Assembly (NCBI GenBank): GCA_965223345.1
Contig: CBDCWG010000012.1
Coordinates: 768,001 to 832,000 of the forward strand
Origin: Nitrospinales bacterium
Lineage (GTDB): Bacteria; Nitrospinota; Nitrospinia; Nitrospinales; VA-1
Direction of reading: 5' to 3'
Length of the DNA: 64,000 nucleotides
Numbering within the stretch: position 1 is the stretch's first letter; every line of letters begins with the position of its first letter. Position numbers and translations under genes: made by a program. Of this stretch, positions 1 to 10,627 are shown piece by piece. Under the pieces are notes generated by a model, which made no database searches, had not been told where the DNA came from, and saw nothing but the letters and a program-made list of their open reading frames with translations.

Positions 1-634
1 AACCGTTCTTTCGTCCATGGGATATGTGGAAACCCTCAACAAATGCCGGCCGCAGGTGGTCGATCCGGAGACGTTGCAGCCGGGCCGGGTTTCGTTCATG
101 GAATCGCTGTTCGTGCTCGACCGGCAAGACCCTAAAACCCTGGGATACGACAAGAGCATCGTGTTTTTCTGCACAGAGCCGCGGTTTCGCTACCGGGTGC
201 CGGACGAGATCATCGATGTGACGAGCGGGGTTTTGTGTTGTCCGAATCATTTTCACTATCCGGAACCCCTGGCCGAAGGGATGCTGCGCCTGACCAATCT
301 GGCCAGCTACCGATTGTGGGATGAGCTGAAGCGCCAGGATTACGTGCAGGCTAAAAAGGAATGGCGGGAGAAAGCGCTGCAGGCGGTGTTTACATTTTTC
401 CCCGATTTTCGCGATTCTGTGGTATTTTTAGACTCGTTTACGCCCAAAACCATCTATAAATATACAGGTCATTTGAATGGGGCGGTCTACGGTTCGCCGC
501 GCAAAACCAAAAACGGCGAAACCCCGGTTAAGAATCTGTACATCTGTGGCACGGACCAGGGTTTTCTGGGCATCGTGGGCGCGACATTGAGCGGCATTTC
601 CATGGCCAATCTGCACGTTCTGCAGAAAAACTGA
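1..634 (+). CDS. Phytoene desaturase-like FAD-dependent oxidoreductase, C-terminal part (5' end outside window)
   Basis: Frame open from window start (TVLSSMGYVET...). C-terminal motifs FTPKTIYKYTGHLNGAVYG and KNLYICGTDQGFLGIVGATLSG are typical of CrtI/COG1233 flavoproteins. Confidence 0.8.
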   Translation, partial: TVLSSMGYVETLNKCRPQVVDPETLQPGRVSFMESLFVLDRQDPKTLGYDKSIVFFCTEPRFRYRVPDEIIDVTSGVLCCPNHFHYPEPLAEGMLRLTNLASYRLWDELKRQDYVQAKKEWREKALQAVFTFFPDFRDSVVFLDSFTPKTIYKYTGHLNGAVYGSPRKTKNGETPVKNLYICGTDQGFLGIVGATLSGISMANLHVLQKN

Positions 635-670
635 CTTTTTAAACCCGAACATTTCAGGAAACTCCACTAC

Positions 671-2119
671 ATGGCACGCGACTGGCTGAAAGGGGCGAAA
701 TCCAAATACGACACGGTGGTGATCGGCAGCGGGCTGGCCGGAATGACCTCGGCCAATCTTTTGTCGCGGCTCGGGCATTCGGTCCTGCTGGCGGAACACC
801 ATTACAACCTGGGCGGTCTGGCGACCTGGTTCAAACGCAAGGGAGGTCACATCCTGGACATTTCCCTGCACGGGTTTCCCTGCGGGATGATCAAAACCTT
901 CCGCAAGTACTGGACGCGGGAGCTGGCCGATTCGGTCATTCGGCTGAAGGGCATCCGTTTCGACAACCCGCAGTTCGCCATGGAAACCTCTTTCGACAAA
1001 GTCGATTTCACGCGTCTGTTGCGGGAGCGGTTCGGCATCATGAAAGAAGTGATCGACGAGTTCTTCCTCACCGTGCGCGGGATGAATTTTTACGACGACA
1101 TCGTCATGACGACGCGGGAACTGTTCGAAAAGTTTTTCCCCGGCCGCAAGGACGTGTGGCGTTTCCTGATGGAACCCATCACCTACGCGAACGGATCCAC
1201 CCTCGACGATCCGGCGATCACCTACGGCATCGTTTTTTCCAATTTCATGGACAAAGGCGTCTTCACCTATCAGGGGGGAACGGACAACCTGATCAAGAAG
1301 ATGAAAAAGGAAATGATCCGCAACGGGGTGGACATCCGCACGCACTGCATGGTGGAAAAGGTGCATGTGGAAGGAAACGCGGTACGCGGGGTGCGCATCA
1401 ACGGCAAAGACATTGAATGCAAATCGGTGCTGTCCAATTCGAATATTTTGAACACGGTGCACCGGCTGGTGGGGGACCAGAACTTCAGCCCCGAGTTCCT
1501 GAAGGAAGTCAAAGCGGTGCGGCTGAACAATTCCAGCTGTCAGGTGTACATGGGAATCCGCAAAGGCGAGACGATCGATTACGTGGGGGACCTTCTGTTC
1601 ACATCGGTGGCGGATGAATACGATACCGAAAAGATCCTGAGCAAGAATGTGACGAGCCGGACGTTTTCTTTTTACTATCCCTCCATCCGTCCGGGCACGA
1701 ACCGCTATTCCATCGTTTCCTCGACCAACGCCCATTATCAGGACTGGGTGGACCTTTCGGATGAACAGTACGAAAAGGAGAAAAACCACCTGATCGAGAC
1801 CACGCTGGATGCGCTGGAGAAATACGTGCCCGATATCCGCAAAAAAGTCGATCATGTGGAGGCGGCCACCCCCAGAACGTTCAAGCGCTACACGCTGCAC
1901 CCCTCCGGGACGTCCTTCGGGACCAAGTTCGAGGGGCTCAAAATCAGCCGGGACCTTCCCAATCAGATCTCCGGGCTTTTTCACTCCGGGTCCGTGGGGA
2001 TCATCATGTCCGGCTGGCTGGGCGCAGCGAATTACGGCGTCATCGTCGCCAACGAGGTCGATAAATTCGTCCGCTCTGTGAAGTCGCGGGGCCCGCTGGT
2101 GCCCGCATCCGTGGGTTGA
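671..2119 (+). CDS. Phytoene desaturase-like NAD(P)/FAD-dependent oxidoreductase
   Basis: N-terminal Rossmann motif [13 protein letters not shown]...EHHYNLGG; C-terminal [10 protein letters not shown] and GLFHSGS. Confidence 0.85.
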   Translation: MARDWLKGAKSKYDTVVIGSGLAGMTSANLLSRLGHSVLLAEHHYNLGGLATWFKRKGGHILDISLHGFPCGMIKTFRKYWTRELADSVIRLKGIRFDNPQFAMETSFDKVDFTRLLRERFGIMKEVIDEFFLTVRGMNFYDDIVMTTRELFEKFFPGRKDVWRFLMEPITYANGSTLDDPAITYGIVFSNFMDKGVFTYQGGTDNLIKKMKKEMIRNGVDIRTHCMVEKVHVEGNAVRGVRINGKDIECKSVLSNSNILNTVHRLVGDQNFSPEFLKEVKAVRLNNSSCQVYMGIRKGETIDYVGDLLFTSVADEYDTEKILSKNVTSRTFSFYYPSIRPGTNRYSIVSSTNAHYQDWVDLSDEQYEKEKNHLIETTLDALEKYVPDIRKKVDHVEAATPRTFKRYTLHPSGTSFGTKFEGLKISRDLPNQISGLFHSGSVGIIMSGWLGAANYGVIVANEVDKFVRSVKSRGPLVPASVG

Positions 2120-2147
2120 TTCCTCCCTCATCCTTTGAGGCCAAAGG

Positions 2148-2186
2148 TCAGGCTGCGCCGGTTTGCCGGGTGCGGCTGATTTTTTT
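2148..2186 (+). terminator. Putative intrinsic terminator between the oxidoreductase and fabG
   Basis: GC-rich stem GCTGCGCC/GGTGCGGC (two G-U pairs) followed by a T7 run ending 2 nt before the fabG ATG. Confidence 0.5.
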
Positions 2187-2188
2187 GT

Positions 2189-2932
2189 ATGCAATGGGAT
2201 TTTAAAGGCCAGAGGATCATCGTCACCGGGGGCACACGCGGGATCGGCCGGGGTGTCTCCGAAGCCTTCCTCAAAGCCGGCGCGTCCGTGATCGCCACCT
2301 ACCGTTCCAACGAACAAGCCGCTCAACAGTTCAAAGAATCGCAATCCGCACACGGCGACCGGCTCGATGTGCAGTCGTTCGATGTGGCCCGCTACGACGA
2401 TGTGGAAGCGTTCTTTCAGTATGTGGAGAAGACCTACGGGGCCTTTCAGGTGCTGGTCCACAGCTCCGGCATCCGCAGCGATGCGGTGGTCGGGCTCATG
2501 AAAGCCGAGGACTGGCAGGGCGTCATCGAAACCAACCTGAGCGGCACCTTTCATGCGTGCAAATTCGCGGTGCAGAACCTGATGCGCCAGCGCTACGGCC
2601 GCATCGTCATCGTGACCTCGCCGGTGGGGCGCTTCGGGTTTGCGGGGCAATCCAATTACGCGGCTTCGAAAGCGGGGCAGGTGGCTTTCGCCCGTTCGTT
2701 GAGCAAGGAAGTGGCGAGCCGCAAGATCACGGTCAACTGCGTGTCTCCGGGATTCATCGACACCGAGTTCATCGCCGATCTGCCTGAGGAGCAGCGCAAA
2801 TCCTATCGCGATCTGGTGCCCCTCAAACGCTTCGGAACCACCGAGGAAGTGGCGCAGTCGGTGCTGTTTCTCGCATCCAAAGAAGCGGCCTACATCACCG
2901 GTTCGGTGCTGGAAGTGGCGGGAGGGCTTTAG
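2189..2932 (+). CDS. fabG: 3-oxoacyl-ACP reductase (SDR)
   Basis: TGGTRGIG, GQSNYAASK (YxxxK), NCVSPGFIDT, PLKRFG. Confidence 0.88.
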   Translation: MQWDFKGQRIIVTGGTRGIGRGVSEAFLKAGASVIATYRSNEQAAQQFKESQSAHGDRLDVQSFDVARYDDVEAFFQYVEKTYGAFQVLVHSSGIRSDAVVGLMKAEDWQGVIETNLSGTFHACKFAVQNLMRQRYGRIVIVTSPVGRFGFAGQSNYAASKAGQVAFARSLSKEVASRKITVNCVSPGFIDTEFIADLPEEQRKSYRDLVPLKRFGTTEEVAQSVLFLASKEAAYITGSVLEVAGGL

Positions 2933-2933
2933 T

Positions 2934-3359
2934 TTGCAGGATTTTTTGCAGTACATTCCGCACCGGGAGCCGTTTTTGTTCGTGGATCAGCTTGTCGAAG
3001 CCTCTGCGGACCGCGCGCTGAGCCGAAAATCCGTGAAGCCGGAGGAACCTTATTTCCGCGGGCATTATCCGGGGCGGCCGATCATGCCGGGTGTGCTCAT
3101 TTGCGAGTCGGTGTTTCAGACCGGCGCCATTCTCATGGGCAAACGCGGGCAGGCGGGTGAGGAACGCATGCCGGTGGTGTCGCGCATTCAAAACGTCAAG
3201 TTCAAACGGCCCGTCAAGCCGGGCGACACGCTGGAAATCGAAGTGCAGCTCAAAGACGTGGTAGGGGCGGCGCATTATTTTTCCGGCCAGGTGCGGGTGG
3301 GGACGGACACGGTGCTGACGCTGGAGTTCACGGCGATGCTGGTAGAGGAGGGCGCATGA
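2934..3359 (+). CDS. fabZ: 3-hydroxyacyl-ACP dehydratase
   Basis: [11 protein letters not shown] and [18 protein letters not shown] hotdog-fold motifs; TTG start. Confidence 0.88.
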   Translation: MQDFLQYIPHREPFLFVDQLVEASADRALSRKSVKPEEPYFRGHYPGRPIMPGVLICESVFQTGAILMGKRGQAGEERMPVVSRIQNVKFKRPVKPGDTLEIEVQLKDVVGAAHYFSGQVRVGTDTVLTLEFTAMLVEEGA

Positions 3360-4171
3360 GTTTCCTCGGTCTCAAAGGAAAAAAGATCCTCGTTCTGGGT
3401 GTCGCCAATAAGAAAAGCGTGGCGTACCAGATCGGAAAGGTGCTGACCGAAGAAGGCGCGGAGGTCATCCACAGCGTCCGCTCGGAAGACAGGAAGCGAT
3501 CGACCGCGAAACTTTTGGGGGATGCGCCGGTTTACGTGTGCGATGTGGAGCGCAAGGGCGAGATCGACCGGCTGCGGGAGGAGGTGGCAAAAGATCATCC
3601 CGTGCTGCACGGCATGGTGCATTCCATCGCGTTCGCCAATTATTCCGCAGGCGGCAAGCCGTTTCACGAAACCGGCCGGGAAGATTTTCTGCAATCGGTG
3701 GGCATCACCTGCTTTTCGCTGGTGGAGCTCGCCAACGCCTTCAAAGATTTGTTCGATCCGCAGGCCTCGGTGGTGACGGTTTCCATCTCCACTACCCGCA
3801 TGGCGGCGGAAAACTACGGGTTCATGGCGCCTGCGAAAGCGGCGCTCGACTCTTCGCTGTGCTTTCTCGCCAAATCGTTCAGCGCGTTTTCAAAGGTCCG
3901 GTTCAATTCCGTGAACGCGGGGCTTTTGAAAACCTCCGCCTCGGCGGGCATCCCCGGCTACATCGATTCCTACCTGTACGCGGAAGAACTCACCTTGAGA
4001 AAACAGGCGCTGACCACCGAGGAAGTGGCCAACGCCGCTGTGTTTCTGTTGAGCCCGGCCGCAAGCGGCATCAACGCCCAGGGGCTGGTTCTGGATGCGG
4101 GCATGTCCGTCAACTATTTCGATACGGACATCGTCAAACGGGCCATGCGCCCCGACCCGGACAAAACCTGA
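3356..4171 (+). CDS. fabI: Enoyl-ACP reductase
   Basis: [17 protein letters not shown], catalytic Y-x6-K (YGFMAPAK); start overlaps the fabZ stop. Confidence 0.88.
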   Translation: MSFLGLKGKKILVLGVANKKSVAYQIGKVLTEEGAEVIHSVRSEDRKRSTAKLLGDAPVYVCDVERKGEIDRLREEVAKDHPVLHGMVHSIAFANYSAGGKPFHETGREDFLQSVGITCFSLVELANAFKDLFDPQASVVTVSISTTRMAAENYGFMAPAKAALDSSLCFLAKSFSAFSKVRFNSVNAGLLKTSASAGIPGYIDSYLYAEELTLRKQALTTEEVANAAVFLLSPAASGINAQGLVLDAGMSVNYFDTDIVKRAMRPDPDKT

Positions 4172-4193
4172 TCCGCACGCTGCAAACCCTGCG

Positions 4194-5045
4194 TTACTTC
4201 TCCGCCCAGGTGTTCTGGATGATCGCGTAGGCCCGGTGGGTCAGGTGACAGTTTTTACAGCCCAGTTTCCCCAGTGTGCCGACGTTTTTCCAGAAATTGC
4301 CGGGGTTGGGTTTGGCCTGCGCGAGTTCCGTTTTCAATCCCTCGAAAGCGGCGTCCACAGTTTTTCCCACGTAAAACAGCTTCACATCGTCGTTGGTGTG
4401 GCATTTGCTGCACACCGACTTGAGCTCCATGAACCGCGATTTGAAACCGCGCAGGGCTTTCGCGGCGCGATCGTATTGCCCCTCCTTGAAATTCACCGTC
4501 ACGCCTTTGAACGATCCGGAAACCTTGCCCATGTAGTCGCCGAATTCCATTTCCTCTTCGCTCAAAGGATCGGTGATCTTGATCTTGGAGAATGAAGGCC
4601 AGTGAAAGCGTGTCCACACGGAGACGTAATTTTCCGCGTGACATTTGCCGCAGGTTTTGCCGACGCCGCCGACGGCTTTGCCGATTTTTGCCGGGTCGTG
4701 GGTCTTGGCGGCGGCGTTGAATTTCTTGGCCGCATCGAGATCGAAGTATTCCTCCCATTCGGGAACCATCTCAGAGGCTTTCTTGTAGGCCTCGACAAAC
4801 GCGTCGGCGCTTTTGTCCAGGTTCTCCCAGTCTTTCTCGCGCATGTTGACGAACACACCGCCCAGGCTGCCGCTCATCGCGTGCATCTGCTGGATCCATT
4901 TGGGTTCTTTGCTTTCGGGAGGGTAAAACTTGCTCAGGCTTTCCGGGGGCGGCTTGACGATGAGATCTTTGGCATAGGATGGCTGAACGAAAGCAATCAT
5001 CCCCATGAGAGCGATGACGGAAACATACCGGGCTGTGATGTGCAT
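4194..5045 (-). CDS. Periplasmic triheme cytochrome c (helical, cytochrome c'-like repeats)
   Basis: GGAGG RBS before ATG 5045; signal peptide ending SYA; three CxxCH motifs (CGKCH, CSKCH, CKNCH). Confidence 0.85.
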   Translation of the reverse strand: MHITARYVSVIALMGMIAFVQPSYAKDLIVKPPPESLSKFYPPESKEPKWIQQMHAMSGSLGGVFVNMREKDWENLDKSADAFVEAYKKASEMVPEWEEYFDLDAAKKFNAAAKTHDPAKIGKAVGGVGKTCGKCHAENYVSVWTRFHWPSFSKIKITDPLSEEEMEFGDYMGKVSGSFKGVTVNFKEGQYDRAAKALRGFKSRFMELKSVCSKCHTNDDVKLFYVGKTVDAAFEGLKTELAQAKPNPGNFWKNVGTLGKLGCKNCHLTHRAYAIIQNTWAEK

Positions 5046-5137
5046 GGTACCTCCTTGCAGATGAACGGGAATACGTGGCAATGGATGCGGATCGCTCCAA
5101 TTTAAAATGAAACACCGGTTGTTAGCAACGTAAATCC

Positions 5138-6121
5138 TTATTTGTGGAAGGTTTTCGTGAATATTTCCTGCTTTTCCCGAGACCAGGCCGGGCGGTAGCG
5201 AACGGTCAGTTCCATCCGTTCCACCTCTCCGAACAGCCGGTAAGTGAAGGCGACCTCCTGTTTGTAGGGGAGCGCGGTTTCCTGCTGCGGGGCGAGGATT
5301 TCCTTGAACTGGTCTATCTGTTCCCCCGCAGCGTCGAATGCCTTGAGGTAGGCATAGAGCCTGGGGTCGCCGTTGTCGGCGGTCGGCATCGCATGCGGGA
5401 CGGATGTGTTCAAAAGCCTGAGCGAAAACCGGTTGCCCTCCAGAAACTCCCCTTTTACTTCAAGGTTTTCTTCCGACACGTCGCCGCGGGGAAAGCTGTG
5501 GTCCCCGGTTTTTTTCGCTGCGTGGAACCAGCCGAGCAGAAATTTCTGCACCAGCCGGTTCTTCGAAGCGGGCATGTGGCAGGACTGACAGGTTTTTTCG
5601 TGGCCGGTTTGCTGCCATTCCTTGTGGGTCTTCTCGTGGCAGGATCCGCAGATTTTCGATTTGCGGTAGTCCGGGTTTTGTTTCGTCGGATGCGGCGGCG
5701 CGTACAGCGCGTGCGGGCCGTTCATGACCCCGTCCACCAGGTGGCAGGGCACGCAGTAGACGCCGTCGTCGCGGTGCTCGAGCCTGGGGGAGGGCTTCTC
5801 GCCGTTTTTCACCACCTGCGGGATGTGGCAGGGCAGGCATTTTTCCTTGGTCCGGTTTTCGGAATCCTCGATGAAGATTTCGCTGGTCCAGGCCAGCGAG
5901 TGGCGGCTTTTCTTCCAGGACTCGAAAATCGTCTTGTGGCACTCGGCGCAGCGTTTGGCTCCGGGGCCTTTGATCAAATCCGGTTGGCGCACCTGCTCGG
6001 TCAACACGGCCGGGATCCATTGCGGCTTGTGATTGATCAAAAAATAAGCGCTACCGGCCCCCAGGATGCCGGCAATGGGTGCGAGATACATCGTTATGCG
6101 GATATATTTTTTCAATCTCAA
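5138..6121 (-). CDS. Membrane-anchored pentaheme cytochrome c (c554-like family)
   Basis: N-terminal TM helix; five CxxCH motifs (CAECH, CLPCH, CVPCH, CGSCH, CQSCH); WKKSRH motif. Start TTG 6121 or ATG 6094. Confidence 0.85.
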   Translation of the reverse strand: MRLKKYIRITMYLAPIAGILGAGSAYFLINHKPQWIPAVLTEQVRQPDLIKGPGAKRCAECHKTIFESWKKSRHSLAWTSEIFIEDSENRTKEKCLPCHIPQVVKNGEKPSPRLEHRDDGVYCVPCHLVDGVMNGPHALYAPPHPTKQNPDYRKSKICGSCHEKTHKEWQQTGHEKTCQSCHMPASKNRLVQKFLLGWFHAAKKTGDHSFPRGDVSEENLEVKGEFLEGNRFSLRLLNTSVPHAMPTADNGDPRLYAYLKAFDAAGEQIDQFKEILAPQQETALPYKQEVAFTYRLFGEVERMELTVRYRPAWSREKQEIFTKTFHK

Positions 6122-6462
6122 GGAATCATCGCCTCTTTTGTATTGATTAACTTTGAATGTTTAGGTATATTTTAGTAGGGTTTTTTCTACGAGGGAGAAT
6201 GGAGATTTCATACAAGGATCACGCATCGCTTTCTACATCATTCGGGATCTTCTGAAAAATCAGGTTTTTTGGGCTTTCTTCGCGGTTCACGTCCTGCATA
6301 TCAGAACCCGCGAAGGACCGACGATCAGCAACAAAGCGACCGCCCCCGGTTTCCGACTTCACGATTTCCATTTCCTGCTGATTCTGCGATCCGCAGCTTC
6401 CGGAAAACACTATAGAGACAAATGTTTTATCACACCGCTGTCTACATACCTACCGAGAGGGG

Positions 6463-9213
6463 ATGAGAGAGATGAAAATTTGGAGCAATATGAGCCAAAA
6501 ATGGAAACAGACCATTCTGTTTCTATTGATCGGATTGGGACCTCTGGTCGTCGTGATGGTCATGAACAATTTTTCATTCAAGAAGATCCGCGACATCAAT
6601 GCCGCGACCCTGCAAGGCTACGCGGAAGGGATTGCGGATAAAATCGACCGCAACCTGTTCGAACGATACGGCGACGTGCAGGCGTTCGGATTGAATCACG
6701 CGATTCGTAACCGCGAAACCTGGTACCAGAAAGGCGGTCCCATCGTGGTGGCGATGAACCAGTACGTGGACACCTACGACATCTATTACGTGACGCTGTT
6801 GGTGGACCTCGAAGGCCAGCCCATTGCGGTCAACACACGCGACCAGGATGGCCAGCGCATCAACAACAACGCGTTTTATGCCAAAAACTACCGCAACGCA
6901 TCCTGGTTCAAGGATGTCCTGAACGGCAAGTTTTACACCTCGCAAAGTGGCAATGTGGGCGGTTCCGGCGATTTTTCCGGAACGGTCATCGTTCCGCTGC
7001 ACGTGAATGAGGACATCAAACGGGCCTACCCCGGGGATTCGGGGTTGACGTTGGGGTTTGCGGCTCCCGTTTACGACGCGCAGGGACGGGTGATGGCCAT
7101 CTGGCTCAATTATGCGAAGTTCTCGCTGGTTGAAGAGGTGTTTCTTGCGACCTACCAGGACATGAAGAAGAAGGAAATGACATCCGCGGAGCTGACGCTG
7201 TTGGACGGCCAGGGTCGGGTGATTGTGGATCTGGATCCCGCAGTGGGACGCGGCACCGAGACCTCGGTGTCGCATAATTTCGATGTCCTGATGAAACTGA
7301 ATCTTGCGGATCTGGGAGTGCAGGCCGCCATCGAAGCTGTGCGCAACAAGAAGGTGGGATTCAATTATGCGATGCACGCGCGGAAAAAGGTCATGCAGGC
7401 ATCGGGTTACGCCCACATGGATGGAGCGCTCGGGTTTCCCGGCATGGACTGGTCGGTGCTGGTGCGCATGCCCGACAAGGACGTGAATGCGGCGATCATC
7501 GCGATCGAAGAGCAGATGTTCCTGCTCGCGGGGGTCATCGGCATCGTGATCTTCGGGATCGGCATCTGGTCGGCGTCCGCCAACACGCGGCCCATCATTC
7601 AGCTCACGCGCAACCTGGAATCGTTTGCGCAGGGCAACCTGCGCGAGGTGCAGGAGATCGAGGTGCGATCGCAAGATGAGATCGGCCGGCTCTCGCGATC
7701 GTTCAACGATCTCTACAACGGAGTGCAGGCCTATCTGAGAAGTTCAGATGGGCTTTTGCGCGGGGAAATCCCGGAAAGCGAGAACTTCGGGCTGCACGGC
7801 GAGTTCGAAGACAAGCTCCGGGCCATGCGGCGCCAGGCCAGTGAAAAGAAAATCGCCGACGACGAGGCGAATAAGGTCAAGCAGATGGTCGAAGGCATGA
7901 ACACGAACGTCATGTTTGCCGACACCGATTTTGTGTTGCAATACATGAACCCGGCTTCCTTGAACACGCTGAGGACGCTGGAACGGCTGTTGCCGGTTCC
8001 CGCAGACCGGATCATCGGCCAGAAGATCGACATCTTTCATAAAGAACCGGAACACCAGAGAAGTTTTCTGGCAGACGCAAAAAACCTGCCGCATCAAGCT
8101 CAGATCGAACTGGGAGATGAAATTCTCAATCTGACCGCCGCCGCCATCAACGATCAGGACGGCAACCGCATCGGTACGATGGCCGCCTGGTCGGTGGTCA
8201 CGGAGATGATCAAGAATGAGCGCGCGGCGCAGGAAAGCCAGGAACGGGAGCAGGCGCAGGCCAAAGAGCTGCAGGAAAAAGTCGATTCGCTTCTGGATGT
8301 GGTGAACGCCGCGTCGCAGGGGGACCTGACCCAGGAAGTCACGGTGTCGGGGGCGGACGCCATCGGCCAGATGGGTGAAGGGCTGTCCAAGTTTTTCAAA
8401 AACCTCAGACAAAGCGTTTCCGACATCGGCAGCAATGCGAATTCGCTGGCGTCTTCTTCCAGCCAGTTGAGCGCGGTGAGCCAGCAGATGGCGGGCAACG
8501 CGGAAGAAACCTCCGCGCAGGCGGGCGTCGTGTCGGCCGCTTCCGAAGAAGTCAGCAAGAACGTGGACACGGTGGCCACCGGGGCGGAGGAGATGAATGC
8601 GAGCATCAAGGAGATTTCGCTCAACGCCAACGAAGCCGCCAAGATCGCCACGGAAGCGGTGCGGGTGGCCGAAAACACCAACGTGACGGTCGGCAAGCTG
8701 GGTGAGAGTTCGGCCGAGATCGGCCAGGTGGTGAAAGTGATCACCTCGATCGCGGAACAGACCAACCTTTTGGCTTTGAACGCCACGATCGAAGCGGCGC
8801 GTGCGGGCGAGGCGGGCAAGGGGTTTGCGGTGGTCGCGAACGAAGTGAAAGACCTCGCAAACCAGACGGCGAAAGCCACCGAGGAAATCAGCGAGAAGAT
8901 CGAGGCGATTCAGACCGACACCGGCGGCGCGGTGTCGGCGATCGCCGAGATCAGCGAGGTGATCAACAAGATCAGCGATATCTCGAACACCATCGCCAGC
9001 GCGGTGGAAGAGCAGACCGCGACGACCTCGGAAATCGGCCGCAATGTGACCGAGGCGGCGAAGGGAACGCAGGAAATCGCCGAGAACATCACCGGCGTGG
9101 CCACGGCGGCGCAGAGCACGACTCAGGGAGCGGGAGACACGCAAACCGCGTCGGGCGAGTTGTCGAAGATGGCTGCGGAACTGCAGGAGCTGGTGGGGCA
9201 GTTCAAATACTGA
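6463..9213 (+). CDS. Methyl-accepting chemotaxis protein (TM, Cache-like, TM, HAMP, PAS, HAMP, MCP signalling domain)
   Basis: [34 protein letters not shown] signalling tip; two TM helices; [18 protein letters not shown] with [11 protein letters not shown]. Confidence 0.95.
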   Translation: MREMKIWSNMSQKWKQTILFLLIGLGPLVVVMVMNNFSFKKIRDINAATLQGYAEGIADKIDRNLFERYGDVQAFGLNHAIRNRETWYQKGGPIVVAMNQYVDTYDIYYVTLLVDLEGQPIAVNTRDQDGQRINNNAFYAKNYRNASWFKDVLNGKFYTSQSGNVGGSGDFSGTVIVPLHVNEDIKRAYPGDSGLTLGFAAPVYDAQGRVMAIWLNYAKFSLVEEVFLATYQDMKKKEMTSAELTLLDGQGRVIVDLDPAVGRGTETSVSHNFDVLMKLNLADLGVQAAIEAVRNKKVGFNYAMHARKKVMQASGYAHMDGALGFPGMDWSVLVRMPDKDVNAAIIAIEEQMFLLAGVIGIVIFGIGIWSASANTRPIIQLTRNLESFAQGNLREVQEIEVRSQDEIGRLSRSFNDLYNGVQAYLRSSDGLLRGEIPESENFGLHGEFEDKLRAMRRQASEKKIADDEANKVKQMVEGMNTNVMFADTDFVLQYMNPASLNTLRTLERLLPVPADRIIGQKIDIFHKEPEHQRSFLADAKNLPHQAQIELGDEILNLTAAAINDQDGNRIGTMAAWSVVTEMIKNERAAQESQEREQAQAKELQEKVDSLLDVVNAASQGDLTQEVTVSGADAIGQMGEGLSKFFKNLRQSVSDIGSNANSLASSSSQLSAVSQQMAGNAEETSAQAGVVSAASEEVSKNVDTVATGAEEMNASIKEISLNANEAAKIATEAVRVAENTNVTVGKLGESSAEIGQVVKVITSIAEQTNLLALNATIEAARAGEAGKGFAVVANEVKDLANQTAKATEEISEKIEAIQTDTGGAVSAIAEISEVINKISDISNTIASAVEEQTATTSEIGRNVTEAAKGTQEIAENITGVATAAQSTTQGAGDTQTASGELSKMAAELQELVGQFKY

Positions 9214-9230
9214 CCGACCCGAGACGCAAC

Positions 9231-9264
9231 GGGGAGCGGCCGTTCAGGCCGCTCCCCTTTTTTT
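9231..9264 (+). terminator. Intrinsic terminator after the MCP gene
   Basis: GGGGAGCGGCC-GTTCA-GGCCGCTCCCC followed by T7. Confidence 0.9.
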
Positions 9265-9289
9265 ATGCCAAGTTTTTTTGTGGATGGGT

Positions 9290-9484
9290 TTAAAGCGAGC
9301 GGTACAGATACAGGCTGGGGATCGCAGGGCCAAAGCCCGCTTTTTCGTAAGCTCTGCGGGCCGGCACGTGGCTTGCGTCTCCGCCGGTTCCCACCGTGGC
9401 CACGCGCATCCCGGCTTCACGCATGGCGTGCAACCTGGGAAGGTCATCCGGTTGCATCGGCCGGAAGCGGCAATTCTCAATCAC
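9290..9484 (-). pseudogene. Internally deleted GNAT acetyltransferase remnant (64 aa)
   Basis: GNAT N-terminal motif RFRPMQPDDLPRL joined directly to C-terminal motif MREAGMRVATVGTGGDASHVPARRAYEKAGF; acetyl-CoA motif A is missing. Confidence 0.6.
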
Positions 9485-9528
9485 ACCCGAGTCCCTTCTT
9501 CTTCGGTTTGAGGCAACGACCGCCCGGT

Positions 9529-10539
9529 TTAAAACTGCTTTAAAAATCGCAGGTCGTTTTCGAAAAACAGACGGATGTCGTTGATGCCGAATTTGAGCAT
9601 GGCGATCCGCTCGATGCCCATGCCGAATGCGAACCCGGTCCATTTTTCCGGATCGTAATCGACGAACCCGAACACCGCGGGGTCCACCATGCCGGCGCCG
9701 AGGATTTCCAGCCAGCCGGTCTGCGAACACACCCGGCAGCCCTTGCCCGTGCACATGACGCACTGGATGTCCACTTCGGCGCTCGGGCAGGTGAACGGAA
9801 AGAAGCTGGGCCGAAAGCGCACCTGGGTTTTTTCACCGAACACCTGATGCACAAAGATGTTCATGATGCCCTTGAGGTGGCTGAACGAGATGTTTTCGTC
9901 CACCATCAGCCCTTCGATCTGATGAAACATGGGGGTGTGGGAGATGTCCGAATCGCAGCGGTACACCTTGCCCGGAGCGATGATGCGAAGCGGCGGCGCC
10001 TGTTTTTCCATGACGTGGATCTGCACCGGGGAGGTGTGGGTGCGCAGCACCGTGTCGCCCTCGATGTAGAAGGTGTCCTGCATGTCGCGGGCCGGGTGGT
10101 CCTTGGGGATGTTCAGGGCCTCGAAGTTGTAATAATCCGATTCGATCTGCGGGCCTTCCTCGACTTCAAAACCGAGGCTGGTGAAAATGGCGATGATCTC
10201 GTCCATCACCTGAGTGATGGGATGCAGCGACCCGGTCAACTCCCTGCGGCCGGGCAGGCTGGTGTCGAACGCGCCTTTGCTCGCGGAGCCGGTGGATTTT
10301 TCCAGCGACCGGGTTTTCTCCTTGAGCGCCTGCTCGATGTGCGCTTTGAGTTCGTTGATGTGCTTGCCGAGCAGGGGTTTTTCCGCAGCGGGCAGATCGC
10401 GCAGGTCCTTCATGATCCCGGAGACCCGGCCTTTCTTGCCGAGAAAGTCGATCCGCATCTGCTTGAGCTGATCGAGGGAAGAACACGTGGCGAGACGGGT
10501 GTCGAAATCCTGCCGGTGGCTGTTGATGGTGTCGATCAT
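9529..10539 (-). CDS. pheS: Phenylalanine-tRNA ligase alpha subunit
   Basis: HPARDMQDTFY, LRTHTSPVQ, RPSFFPFT, GFAFGMGIER. Confidence 0.98.
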   Translation of the reverse strand: MIDTINSHRQDFDTRLATCSSLDQLKQMRIDFLGKKGRVSGIMKDLRDLPAAEKPLLGKHINELKAHIEQALKEKTRSLEKSTGSASKGAFDTSLPGRRELTGSLHPITQVMDEIIAIFTSLGFEVEEGPQIESDYYNFEALNIPKDHPARDMQDTFYIEGDTVLRTHTSPVQIHVMEKQAPPLRIIAPGKVYRCDSDISHTPMFHQIEGLMVDENISFSHLKGIMNIFVHQVFGEKTQVRFRPSFFPFTCPSAEVDIQCVMCTGKGCRVCSQTGWLEILGAGMVDPAVFGFVDYDPEKWTGFAFGMGIERIAMLKFGINDIRLFFENDLRFLKQF

Positions 10540-10627
10540 ACGGTGGGGAGCGGCGGGCCGGCCTGAACATGGCGCCGGATGCCGGCTGCTGCTGAAGGGT
10601 GTGTCCCGCCCGGGATTGCCAATGTGA

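Noticed and set aside
671..2119. Carotenoid biosynthesis (crtI) call
   Set aside because: Context is fatty-acid synthesis and no crtB/crtE is visible, so only the family-level call is kept.
428..2956. 842-aa minus-strand ORF and many similar long antisense ORFs (e.g. 7744-9144, 12486-13823, 13876-15447, 40123-41190)
   Set aside because: Shadow ORFs opposite well-supported genes, expected from GC-rich codon bias; no recognisable motifs.
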